49,612 bases of DNA. Origin: a virus (taxonomy: Duplodnaviria > Caudoviricetes). Location of the stretch: positions 1-49,612 of the IMG/VR virus record IMGVR_UViG_3300036771_000020. One strand, 5' to 3'. Shown here one piece after another: positions 20,037 to 28,338 of this stretch. The notes below the pieces were generated by a model that searched no databases, was not told the origin of the DNA, and worked only from the letters and a program-made list of their open reading frames with translations. Each line of letters begins with the position of its first letter. Position 1 is the first letter of the stretch. The translations under genes and the position numbers were made by a program.

Positions 20037-20154
20037 TGGGTTGCGGCTGACGGACTCGAACCGGCACTCTCGTCAGGCGTCAACATCATGCCTTACCGAG
20101 CACGACCAGAAGGCCGCGTTGATGCGTTACTCTACCTATTGAGTTAAACCGCAA
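20037..20154 (-). ncRNA. tRNA-like RNA with an expanded, non-canonical anticodon region
   Basis: Acceptor TTGCGGTT/AGCCGCAA plus C-CCA; D arm ACTC-AATAGGTA-GAGT; T arm GCCGG-TTCGAGT-CCGTC; 63 nt between the D and T arms. Confidence 0.75.
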
Positions 20155-20184
20155 TTGAACAGACTACTGATGCGATATGTGTAA

Positions 20185-20385
20185 CTAAACTTTATTCAAA
20201 GCTGTGATGTGGACTAAGGAGCCACCGTTCATCTTTTCAAGCGAGTCATTTAATTCGATGATCACTTCTTCTGGTGGTGTACTTTCCGCAAACTCAGCAA
20301 TATTTGAGCCAGCTTTATACACTGTTGATCCGCCAGCTTCGTTGGACGTGTAGCAAACCCATGAGTAAAACCATTTCTGAGACAT
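20185..20385 (-). CDS. Hypothetical protein, 66 aa
   Basis: ATG with an AGGGG RBS; ends 30 bp upstream of the tRNA-like RNA. Confidence 0.65.
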   Translation of the reverse strand: MSQKWFYSWVCYTSNEAGGSTVYKAGSNIAEFAESTPPEEVIIELNDSLEKMNGGSLVHITALNKV

Positions 20386-20429
20386 AATTACCCCTTTGTA
20401 AGATGGATATTTATCATCCCATGAACTAA

Positions 20430-21404
20430 TTATTTCTGCCAGATTCTGCGCTCTTTCGCCAGCTTATCCGCCAGCCCCTCGTTAAATATGCTTCCGTCGT
20501 CGTTGAGTAGCACCGGAATCTGGCCGCAGTAGCAGTGATATTTGTTGCCGTTTATGGAGTACCATTCTCTCACCTCTGCAACAGTCCTAACCTTGCCGTG
20601 CCAGAATGCGTGAGTTTGTCGAGTTGTTGGCTTGAGAGCAGAAAGATGAAGTAATCCGGTTTTCAAACCAAGCCGGTCGGCAGCCCAATCAGTTTCATTC
20701 CAGTTAGCCTCACGCAAAGCACCGACTTGCTCAGTCTGTGCCATGTTTTTAGCGCGGCTCATGCTGACATCCAGACGCTTACTGATGATCCCCATCGTCT
20801 CGCGTGGATTTACTCCGCGCCCAATAGAATCGGCAATGATGTTAGCCAGGTCACCACGAGCCTTATCGCTCTCAAGCTTCCAGTCGCTGTACGTAGACAC
20901 GAAAGCAGATGCGACCTGATTCTGGTATGCCGGAGTGCTTAATAGCTGCTGTAGCGTTGTCTGGCTTGCGTAGATAGGTGACTGCACCGACAGATTGGTG
21001 TAAGCGTTCAACGTCCCGCGCTGGTATTCCTCGGCGACATAGTCGAATGCCCACAAGTTCTGGCTTCCACCATCGAGTAAGTGGTCATCGAGTATCGTCT
21101 GCACTACCTGCAACAGGTCGGCTAATTGTGCCGCTGTCATGTCGTAGATGTATGTGCCAGCGTTAACCTGGTAGAGCGTGTCGGCCTGATTACCGTTGCG
21201 GGCAAGGATATAACCGTACATCGAATTGGCTGCACGCTCACGACCCGTTAGACGCATGTCGAATAGCTGCTTTAGCGCTACTTTGATGCCGTAGTAGCGC
21301 TGCTCGATGTCGCGGTACATCTTGTTTACTGCGCGGTAGGACTGCGTCGGATCAGCTTTGTTGCGCGGAATTATCGGGCTGCCCGGTTTCAGTTGATTGT
21401 TCAA
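20430..21404 (-). CDS. Minor head / head morphogenesis protein (MuF, SPP1 gp7-like)
   Basis: RAKNMAQTE, TTRQTHA.WHG and YHCYC motifs; follows the portal gene. Confidence 0.82.
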   Translation of the reverse strand: MNNQLKPGSPIIPRNKADPTQSYRAVNKMYRDIEQRYYGIKVALKQLFDMRLTGRERAANSMYGYILARNGNQADTLYQVNAGTYIYDMTAAQLADLLQVVQTILDDHLLDGGSQNLWAFDYVAEEYQRGTLNAYTNLSVQSPIYASQTTLQQLLSTPAYQNQVASAFVSTYSDWKLESDKARGDLANIIADSIGRGVNPRETMGIISKRLDVSMSRAKNMAQTEQVGALREANWNETDWAADRLGLKTGLLHLSALKPTTRQTHAFWHGKVRTVAEVREWYSINGNKYHCYCGQIPVLLNDDGSIFNEGLADKLAKERRIWQK

Positions 21405-22818
21405 TTGGCTTACCTGTCAGCGGGTCAATGTTCTTCGCCGATTCATCAGCACCTTTTGGTTGATCCGCCTCTTTCATCGGCTCCAGTTCGCCTACAGCAC
21501 GAATTTCGTTTTCAGTAACAGAAGATGTGCCAAACGCTTGTTGAGTATCCTTGGCCACCTGAGCCATTGCTGCCATGTTAGCAATCTTCTCTTTCTCGCT
21601 AGGGGCAAGTAAGTCAGACCAGGCGAGCGTTACCTCACCGTTCTTTGGTGGTTCGATAATGCCCAGCGTCCAGAATCGCTCAATCACGCGAGTGATGTAG
21701 TCAGTGAGGAAACCCCAGCGACGACCATTACAGCGTTTGGCCCACTCATTCTTATCCTCATCCGATGCCAGTCGCCCGGTTTGTTGACCAAACTGGATGG
21801 TGAACGGACATTGAATAGATGCTGAAAACTCGTTGGCGGCCGCTGTCCAGGTTGGTGTAGGGTCAGCTGCCGCAACAGACAGCACGCTTGTTTTACCGGC
21901 CTGCATTGCTAAAGCCGAATCAGTGCCACTGTTTAGCTTTCTGACCTTGTCATTCATTGCTTCAGCAAGAGAGTCGTAGCCAGCTTCTTTAGCCTGCTTA
22001 ACGAGCGTTGAAACATCGGTCGTAGCATCAAACTCCATCGCCAGTTGTCGGCTGGCGTTCTTGAGGAAACCTTCTGCGCTCCCACCTGATGTCTTCTCAA
22101 TGTCGAGCAGCTTATTGAAGCCAGCGCGAAGCAACGGAACACCGGCGAGCATGTTTTCATCCTCCGAGCCTTCGCACAGGATAATCACGCGATCCGGATG
22201 GACGGAGACGCTGCGCACGGTTCCGTAAGTGCCATCATCTCCAACAGGCTGCTCGTTGAAGTTGTAGCTTACTGGCTGCCCGTAGGTATCAGACTGTGTG
22301 TCGATATCGAAATTACCTGGCTTAATCTGCGCTTCCCATGCAGGGATTAGCTTCACCAATGCTTTGTCGCCGAGAGCCTTTACAATGTTTTGATCAACCG
22401 GTTGCCACCACTCGCGGCCATCTTTGATTTGCAGCAGAACAGCAGAGTAGCGCCCTACCAAATTGCGGCGGTCAGCATCTTTAAGCTTTGCCCAGTGCTT
22501 GCTCAACAGCTTGGTCGTTGACTCTTCCCAATCCGTGGTTTCTTCGGCTTCATCTTTCTCCGGGCCGTCGATGATGGTCGGGTTGTCCGTCCAGCAGGAA
22601 TCCAGCAGCTTGTGCACTGCGGCGTGGGCTACGGCATTGCGCTCATATGCCCGGTAGTAGTTGTCGAAGTTAACTGTATCCGGGTAGCCAAATTCGTCCC
22701 ACAGTTTGGTGCGCTTGGTGTTACCGTTTGGCCCATGCGCGTACAGCATGCGCTGCCGACCTATAGCATCAGCAAGGGCATTCACGAGGAATTGTTCCCC
22801 GCTATTTAATTCACTCAC
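21352..22818 (-). CDS. Portal protein (DUF1073-like)
   Basis: About 488 aa from GTG after AAGGAG; VHPDRV motif; directly after terL. Confidence 0.85.
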   Translation of the reverse strand: MSELNSGEQFLVNALADAIGRQRMLYAHGPNGNTKRTKLWDEFGYPDTVNFDNYYRAYERNAVAHAAVHKLLDSCWTDNPTIIDGPEKDEAEETTDWEESTTKLLSKHWAKLKDADRRNLVGRYSAVLLQIKDGREWWQPVDQNIVKALGDKALVKLIPAWEAQIKPGNFDIDTQSDTYGQPVSYNFNEQPVGDDGTYGTVRSVSVHPDRVIILCEGSEDENMLAGVPLLRAGFNKLLDIEKTSGGSAEGFLKNASRQLAMEFDATTDVSTLVKQAKEAGYDSLAEAMNDKVRKLNSGTDSALAMQAGKTSVLSVAAADPTPTWTAAANEFSASIQCPFTIQFGQQTGRLASDEDKNEWAKRCNGRRWGFLTDYITRVIERFWTLGIIEPPKNGEVTLAWSDLLAPSEKEKIANMAAMAQVAKDTQQAFGTSSVTENEIRAVGELEPMKEADQPKGADESAKNIDPLTGKPIEQSTETGQPDNSAQQS

Positions 22819-22828
22819 TGAGTGCTCC

Positions 22829-24124
22829 TTAGAAGAATATTGCGCCTGAAGATTTGTGCTTGATATAGCCATCTAAGCCATAGCGCACACCATCCCAGCA
22901 GTGGTTATTTTTATCCTCGATAACCGGCAATACTTCGCCAGTAGTACGGTCTGTTTTATATGAGTAGAGCCGAGCCTCTTTCGCTGTCTCTTTGCAGCGA
23001 GGATGAATGATGATCTGCTTGAAACCACGCAAACAGGTTATTCCGTCCTCAACGCTACCTGCCCACTTCTGAGCGGACGCAATATTGAATCCCTGCGCTT
23101 TGATGTGGCTTATAGTTTCAGGGCGGGAGTTATCTGCCTTAATAGGCCACTTTCTGGCTTCAGGTATTCCTGGGAATTTAGCCTCATCAGTGACTTTCCA
23201 TTCCTCCAGCTGCTTAGGTTTAGCGCCATCCTTACCAGCGTAGAACTTCCACATATCATCTAACTCGACGCCGTGACCGTAGGACTCGTATTCGATATAA
23301 AGATTACTGTCGAGGATAAACATACGGATGAGAGTGCTTGGGTCTTTCGCAAATCCGAAGTCGGCACCGAAAAGCAGCCGCTCCGATTTCTTCCAGAGGT
23401 CATCTGCAAAACTCTGCACAACATACTTGTTAGCCAGCACCTGCTTATCGGAGTTCTCGAGGTAGGCACCCTCCCAGATCCATGCATAATCGGCATAGTC
23501 TAGGGTGGCAAGGTCATCCTGCCGCTCCTCTTCGAGTACTTCAGGGAACCACGGGTTATCTCCGTAGTTCATCTCGACAATCATCGAGTTTTTCGGTGGG
23601 GTCTTTCTGAATCGCTTATCTGTCGCGCTACCGTCTTTCTCAGGGTTCCATGTCACCCAGATTTCAGATCCTTTCTCACGAACTGTCGGGCGCAGTTTCT
23701 TCCATGCTATGTCAGAAACAGACTCTGCCTCATCAACCCAGGCAACAAGAACACGAGCTTTTGATTTGATACTATCTAAGTTATGCCGCAGCCCACAGAA
23801 AACGTAACTGACGTTGCGATTCTTGGTGCGAATATACTTTTCGCCAATATCGAAATAATCATCAAGCCATGGAACAGATCGTATCGCCTGTTTGATTTCC
23901 TCCATGGAGGATTCTTCCAGGGAGTTCATGTATTCACGGGCGCACAGGATAACGCCGCTTACTCCGCTTTCTGCGGCTTGGTACGCCTTAACTGCGCTCA
24001 TCAGTGCAAATGTTCTGGTCTTTGCTGAACCACGGCCACCATAAGCGCCTCGATAACGAACGCCTTCAGTGGAAAATACAGGAACTAACTTCGCTGGGAT
24101 GGGTAAGTCAACTTGGCTTTCCAT
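22829..24124 (-). CDS. terL: Terminase large subunit (PBSX-type)
   Basis: Walker A YGGRGSAKT, Walker B WVDEAE, nuclease GADFG..DP and NHCWD. Confidence 0.95.
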   Translation of the reverse strand: MESQVDLPIPAKLVPVFSTEGVRYRGAYGGRGSAKTRTFALMSAVKAYQAAESGVSGVILCAREYMNSLEESSMEEIKQAIRSVPWLDDYFDIGEKYIRTKNRNVSYVFCGLRHNLDSIKSKARVLVAWVDEAESVSDIAWKKLRPTVREKGSEIWVTWNPEKDGSATDKRFRKTPPKNSMIVEMNYGDNPWFPEVLEEERQDDLATLDYADYAWIWEGAYLENSDKQVLANKYVVQSFADDLWKKSERLLFGADFGFAKDPSTLIRMFILDSNLYIEYESYGHGVELDDMWKFYAGKDGAKPKQLEEWKVTDEAKFPGIPEARKWPIKADNSRPETISHIKAQGFNIASAQKWAGSVEDGITCLRGFKQIIIHPRCKETAKEARLYSYKTDRTTGEVLPVIEDKNNHCWDGVRYGLDGYIKHKSSGAIFF

Positions 24125-24539
24125 TAGTTGGCTCTACTCCTACCAGCCTGATTGTTGTCGGCTTGGTTGCCATGGTTCCATCGGATGAGGTATGGTCGAT
24201 AACCTGCTTATCTAGGCCAACCAACTTAGCCTTACCCATCGTTGCGGCCACGGCAGCAGATGATTGAGGCGTCTCAGCACTCAACGCTTTCTGTCTAGCC
24301 TCTTCAAGCTCAGCAAGTAGCGAATCAACAGTGACATTGTGACGCTGCTTAATCTCGCCCCTAAGCTCATTAAGTCTTAGGGCAATCTTAGGGTTATCCT
24401 GCAACTTACTTGCTTGAACATGAATGGCTTCCGGCTTCATCTTGTCAGCAGCATACGCCGTCCGATAAGCCTCTGAAGCATTACCCGTCTCGATGTATGC
24501 CTGACAGAAAGCCTCTTGCTTAATTGTCAGACCTGCCAT
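24108..24539 (-). CDS. terS: Terminase small subunit
   Basis: LTIKQEAFCQAYIETGNASEAYRTAY HTH signature; overlaps terL. Confidence 0.92.
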   Translation of the reverse strand: MAGLTIKQEAFCQAYIETGNASEAYRTAYAADKMKPEAIHVQASKLQDNPKIALRLNELRGEIKQRHNVTVDSLLAELEEARQKALSAETPQSSAAVAATMGKAKLVGLDKQVIDHTSSDGTMATKPTTIRLVGVEPTNGKPS

Positions 24540-24544
24540 AGCTG

Positions 24545-24742
24545 TTATTCCTTAATTTCTTCTTCCACTACCGGCGTAAACAAAATCTCGCTCAGTTCAT
24601 CCGGCTGAATGTAGCGCCACTCACCATCCTTGTTAGCCACGGCGAACAGACCATTAACCAGTTGAGGCTCTTTGACTGTCATGTTGCCTTCGTAGACAGT
24701 TCCGTCTTTCTTCCTGGCTGTTACGTTGTATTTGGTAGGCAT
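24545..24742 (-). CDS. Small hypothetical protein
   Basis: MPTKYNVTARKKDG... with a GAGG RBS. Confidence 0.65.
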   Translation of the reverse strand: MPTKYNVTARKKDGTVYEGNMTVKEPQLVNGLFAVANKDGEWRYIQPDELSEILFTPVVEEEIKE

Positions 24743-24762
24743 GGTGATACCTCGGCTTGTCA

Positions 24763-25020
24763 TCACGAATAGATAAAGCGGCGCTTTATAGCGTTGTCCG
24801 TACTTTCTTCATCACTTTTACGAACAGCTTCAATACTGAATCCATGAATATTGCAAATTGGTACGCCGTGAGTGTTTAACCCATTCTTGATTATTAGCAA
24901 ACCATCTCGAATGTCTGGGTCTGGGTGATCCTGCCAGCCAACCTGCTCTGGAGAAAAGCCACTAGCTTTCCCCTCCCTGGTAAGAAGCATTACCTTCCAG
25001 CCTTTGATTACACTAGCCAT
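24763..25020 (-). CDS. Hypothetical protein
   Basis: 85-aa ORF co-oriented with the late operon. Confidence 0.6.
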   Translation of the reverse strand: MASVIKGWKVMLLTREGKASGFSPEQVGWQDHPDPDIRDGLLIIKNGLNTHGVPICNIHGFSIEAVRKSDEESTDNAIKRRFIYS

Positions 25021-25250
25021 TTTTTTGCCCTTGAGTTTTTATGGGGTTCCAGTTTCATTCTGCCATGGCACTGGTTGCCACCATGAGCGCTCAAACCCTG
25101 CTGGTTGCAGCAGCAGGTAAACACGCGGCATTACTCGTTACGTGGAATACAGCACACTCGTCAGAGGGATTCCCCCTTGCGGGGCTGAGTCTTCGTTAAT
25201 GCTGTCACGCGTTAATGTGGAGACGAGTCGGCTCGCACATTTGAGGAAAT

Positions 25251-25273
25251 AAAAAAGGCCGCCGTGGCGACCT
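25251..25273 (-). terminator. Intrinsic terminator
   Basis: AGGTCGCC-AC-GGCGGCCT followed by TTTTT. Confidence 0.75.
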
Positions 25274-25295
25274 GTTCTGTTATTCTTTAGGCTTA

Positions 25296-25553
25296 CTATT
25301 TCTTTGTATTATCAAAAACAAGATCATCGCCAAACCACAGGCGGAATGGCAAGCGCTCAGCTTCCTGGCTCTCTGCGTGAAACTCGCCGGAAACCACAAC
25401 ACCATCGCGACCATCATTAGTGCGCCATAATTCCCACCCGCTCGTTCTTGTGAGCTGCAAAATCATATTAAATGGGAGATTTGAGAACTGGACTTTATCA
25501 CCTTCTATTTCCACGAAAACATCGTGATAGGTATTTATTGGTAGCATATACAA
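25296..25553 (-). CDS. Moron-like hypothetical protein
   Basis: 85 aa, GAGG RBS, upstream extended -10 promoter and downstream terminator. Confidence 0.62.
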   Translation of the reverse strand: MYMLPINTYHDVFVEIEGDKVQFSNLPFNMILQLTRTSGWELWRTNDGRDGVVVSGEFHAESQEAERLPFRLWFGDDLVFDNTKK

Positions 25554-25635
25554 CCTCGTCTTAGTTGCTCGTCAGATAATGAATGGCAGGCGGTGGCGAT
25601 GCCGCTTTTCAGGAGCTACCCTAGCCACTTATTAA

Positions 25636-25644
25636 TTATACCAT
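25636..25644 (-). promoter_or_regulatory. Extended -10 promoter element
   Basis: TGGTATAAT on the minus strand upstream of 25296..25553. Confidence 0.55.
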
Positions 25645-25781
25645 GTTCGATTGTCGCAGAGTTGCAGTGCTTCACAGCAGGACTTCCCCACTTACGGCTT
25701 ACCCGTCAGCAAGATGAGTGATCACCTCGTTTCCGCCACAGAATTGATAAGAGCCGTTGTGAAAGTGGCTCTAAATATTGA

Positions 25782-26357
25782 TTATGTTCGGGTCAATCTT
25801 CCTTTCCCGGTTTCAGCGAGGTACAGGTCAATCATCCCCACCGCCTCGGCAATCAAGCCTTCGATTCTGCTGATATGCCCAGGCTTTACAATCTTCCACT
25901 CGTTGAGCCCAGAACCATGCTTGCTGGCGATGCCTTTATCAAACTTATAATCGGCACACGCCTGGTTGAGCTCATCCATAATGGTCATGCGTCGCGGGTT
26001 TGCAGCTAAACCTTTTGCCCAGTAATCATGCAGAGCTGCAAAGCACTCTTCCTGATATGCGATTAGTTTATCGCGGACAGAATCTTTAACTTTCGCTGGG
26101 TTGATACTGAAGAGCCAGCCGTTGAGTTTGCGGAGTGGCATGCAAAGCATTTCCTGCAAACCGCCACGCGAAGGGATGGTCATATGACCACACCCGTATT
26201 TTTCCTTTTGGGACATCAACTTCCTGTGCTGTGACTTCCAGTCCAAGCCGATAGCCTCAATAACAGGTTTCATCGCAACATATTCAACACCGTCATTGCT
26301 GATGGTGGTCAACTTGTCACCTTTAAACTCTACTTCTGTGCTTACTGGATATTGCAT
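25782..26357 (-). CDS. P22 antirepressor N-terminal-domain protein
   Basis: YVAMKPVIEAIGLDWKSQHRKL...LCMPLRKLNGWLFSINPAKV...YQEECF..LHDYW. Confidence 0.85.
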   Translation of the reverse strand: MQYPVSTEVEFKGDKLTTISNDGVEYVAMKPVIEAIGLDWKSQHRKLMSQKEKYGCGHMTIPSRGGLQEMLCMPLRKLNGWLFSINPAKVKDSVRDKLIAYQEECFAALHDYWAKGLAANPRRMTIMDELNQACADYKFDKGIASKHGSGLNEWKIVKPGHISRIEGLIAEAVGMIDLYLAETGKGRLTRT

Positions 26358-26503
26358 GGTGATTACCTTCAAAAAAGAAACCTCTGTTCACCAGAACGCC
26401 CATACCCGATCGCACCATGCTTCGATGGAGTTCTCAGAGGTCGCTTTTGTGAATGGTTTCGGGTTTTACGATGCGCGGTGAATGCGCGGGGGATTTACTG
26501 CAT

Positions 26504-26528
26504 AAAAAAGCCCGACCGAAGTCAGGCT
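26504..26528 (-). terminator. Intrinsic terminator after Rz
   Basis: AGCCTGAC-TTCG-GTCGGGCT followed by TTTTT. Confidence 0.8.
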
Positions 26529-26552
26529 CTGTTTGCTAATAGGGGTGACGAA

Positions 26553-27014
26553 TTACTTAAGGCACTGATGCCGGATGTAGTCCTGCAAATACTTCACTTG
26601 CCCTGTCACTGTTTCGTTTGCGGTTCTGAGACGCCAATAATCCCGCTCAGCATCTGCTGTAAGTCCGGGGGTGGAAGCATCGCCCAGGCTGCCGGAGGTG
26701 GTGGAGCTGTTCTTACAGGTGGCGTTGAGCTGCAACCGGCGCTTGCCAGTAGTAACATCGCGCTCAAGCTGATTGATAGTTTCCTGAGCATCGGCAAGTT
26801 CCTGCGTGTATTTTGTGTCGAGTGCGGCAACGTCACGTTGACGTGTCTGCATGTCTTTAACCGTTGCCTGCGATAGCTTTAGCTCATTCTCTGCTAGCAG
26901 GGCGCGGTCGTAGTTGCTGCGGGCTATCTTGGCTGTGATTACGATAAGCAGCAGAAGTAACGCGCCGACTATTACTCGCCAGTGCTCTGCAATAGCTTTC
27001 GTGATGATGCTCAT
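26553..27014 (-). CDS. Rz: Rz-like i-spanin
   Basis: N-terminal TM, RQRDVAALDTKYTQELADA, GKRRLQLNATC, LQDYIRHQC. Confidence 0.92.
   Translation of the reverse strand: MSIITKAIAEHWRVIVGALLLLLIVITAKIARSNYDRALLAENELKLSQATVKDMQTRQRDVAALDTKYTQELADAQETINQLERDVTTGKRRLQLNATCKNSSTTSGSLGDASTPGLTADAERDYWRLRTANETVTGQVKYLQDYIRHQCLK
26606..26791 (-). CDS. Rz1: Rz1-like o-spanin lipoprotein embedded in Rz
   Basis: MLRKLSISLSAMLLLASAG-C lipobox followed by a Pro-rich segment, in a different frame inside Rz. Confidence 0.88.
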   Translation of the reverse strand: MLRKLSISLSAMLLLASAGCSSTPPVRTAPPPPAAWAMLPPPDLQQMLSGIIGVSEPQTKQ

Positions 27015-27496
27015 CGCTGGCCCCACATGCAGACTTCGTTTTCAATGTCGCGGCGATTCATGAGGCCTTTCCACTTCCTGCCCCCTGCATAAATCCAGAC
27101 TTGCAGGCCTTCACATGCTTGAGCGTTGTTGCCGGCATTGAGGTTCCGCAGGAGGGACGAATTCTCGAATGCGCGAACGCCGACGTTATAGCTGAAGCTG
27201 ATTAGCGCGGCTTTTTGATACTCTGATGCCGGTACTTTCACCGAGCGCTCAACCGATTTAGCGAATGGCTGCAGGTCTTTATCGAGCATCGCTCTGCATT
27301 CTTTCTCTGTGTACTTCTTGCCCTTGATGATGTCGCTACCCGTGTGGCCGTAACAAACAGTCAGCACGCCTGCGACATCGTAGTAAGGGGAGTAACGCAC
27401 ACCTTCCAGCTCAGGGATCATGACGCCTGCGATTGTTAACGCACTCGCTCCACCCATAGTTATAAGTTTGTTTCGTAATGCCGGAGACATTGCCAT
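27011..27496 (-). CDS. SAR endolysin (GH24 lysozyme)
   Basis: Gly/Ala-rich N-terminal SAR segment; E-x8-D-x5-T triad (EGVRYSPYYDVAGVLTVCYGHT). Confidence 0.92.
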   Translation of the reverse strand: MAMSPALRNKLITMGGASALTIAGVMIPELEGVRYSPYYDVAGVLTVCYGHTGSDIIKGKKYTEKECRAMLDKDLQPFAKSVERSVKVPASEYQKAALISFSYNVGVRAFENSSLLRNLNAGNNAQACEGLQVWIYAGGRKWKGLMNRRDIENEVCMWGQR

Positions 27497-27805
27497 TTAC
27501 TCACCTGCCTTTTCCAGGGCATCAACTGCAACTTTTACGGCTGCAGGCCGCTCTGATTGAGGCTTATCTTTCACCTCTCCCAGATACTGGCGCAGCATCT
27601 CTGTTCTCCGCTGGTCTTCTCTCCTGCCACGCCTTGCGTCAATCCGACCGTTTATATATGACGCCAGCGAGATAACGACCCCGATCAGGCCGAATATCAT
27701 GAAGACGACATCTTGTGTCGCAAGGCCAAGACCGGCTGCAATAGTTGCCAGCCACGCAAAGAACTGCGTGACAATATTTCCGGGCTGGTCATTCATACGA
27801 TGCAT
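27497..27805 (-). CDS. Holin, probably a pinholin, with a possible dual start (M-H-R-M)
   Basis: Two hydrophobic segments and a charged C-terminus; GGAGG RBS; directly upstream of the endolysin. Confidence 0.75.
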   Translation of the reverse strand: MHRMNDQPGNIVTQFFAWLATIAAGLGLATQDVVFMIFGLIGVVISLASYINGRIDARRGRREDQRRTEMLRQYLGEVKDKPQSERPAAVKVAVDALEKAGE

Positions 27806-27918
27806 TCCACACCTCCGTATTTCGGGGTGCTGTTCTGTGTAGTTGGGAAAGCGCCACTCATGCCACGGCACGTTATCTATGAGTGAAAGTGATTGCTGGA
27901 TGGTTGGCGCTAAATGTG

Positions 27919-27943
27919 AAAAAGGCCGCTCTTTGGCGACCTT
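27919..27943 (-). terminator. Intrinsic terminator upstream of the lysis genes
   Basis: AAGGTCGC-CAAAGA-GCGGCCTT followed by TTT. Confidence 0.65.
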
Positions 27944-27965
27944 GTTAATTTGTGATGTCTGTCGC

Positions 27966-27994
27966 TTGCAATATAATCATTTTTTGATTATATT
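27966..27994 (+). promoter_or_regulatory. Sigma70 promoter with an overlapping palindromic operator
   Basis: TTGCAA-17bp-TATATT; perfect inverted repeat ATATAATCA-N5-TGATTATAT at 27971..27993. Confidence 0.78.
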
Positions 27995-28023
27995 TATTTC
28001 ATTGAAACCGACAAGGAACGACT

Positions 28024-28323
28024 ATGAAACACTTCAAAAAAATCGAGTACAAAGGAAATACTCTTACTTTACAAACTGACAAGTCAGTCGATTGCATTGC
28101 TTACGAAATCGCTCTTAGCGAGCAAGTCATTGACTGGAGGGGTATTCCTGTATGCTTTATTGGTCTTTCATCAGATGACGCCAGTAAGTTTTATTGCCGA
28201 TCATTCAGCGATGAACAAATCGAATGTCTCATTCGCAAAGAGTATGATGATTGTCTTAATGGGCCAGACATAAAAGATTATGTCGCCACAGATGATACCC
28301 GCGCCTATTACGAAGATTTCTAA
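28024..28323 (+). CDS. Small acidic protein; candidate anti-CRISPR / anti-defence protein
   Basis: 99 aa, D/E-rich, AAGGA RBS, first gene before an Aca-like HTH gene; function inferred from context only. Confidence 0.55.
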   Translation: MKHFKKIEYKGNTLTLQTDKSVDCIAYEIALSEQVIDWRGIPVCFIGLSSDDASKFYCRSFSDEQIECLIRKEYDDCLNGPDIKDYVATDDTRAYYEDF

Positions 28324-28338
28324 TTACAGGCTTAAACC

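Noticed and set aside
20066-20128. Assigning an anticodon or isotype to the tRNA-like RNA
   Set aside because: No 5-bp stem with a 7-nt U33-containing loop at the canonical position
25125-25230. Hammerhead ribozyme (CTGACGA...GTAA, upstream GTC)
   Set aside because: GAAA is replaced by GTAA and stem I cannot be formed
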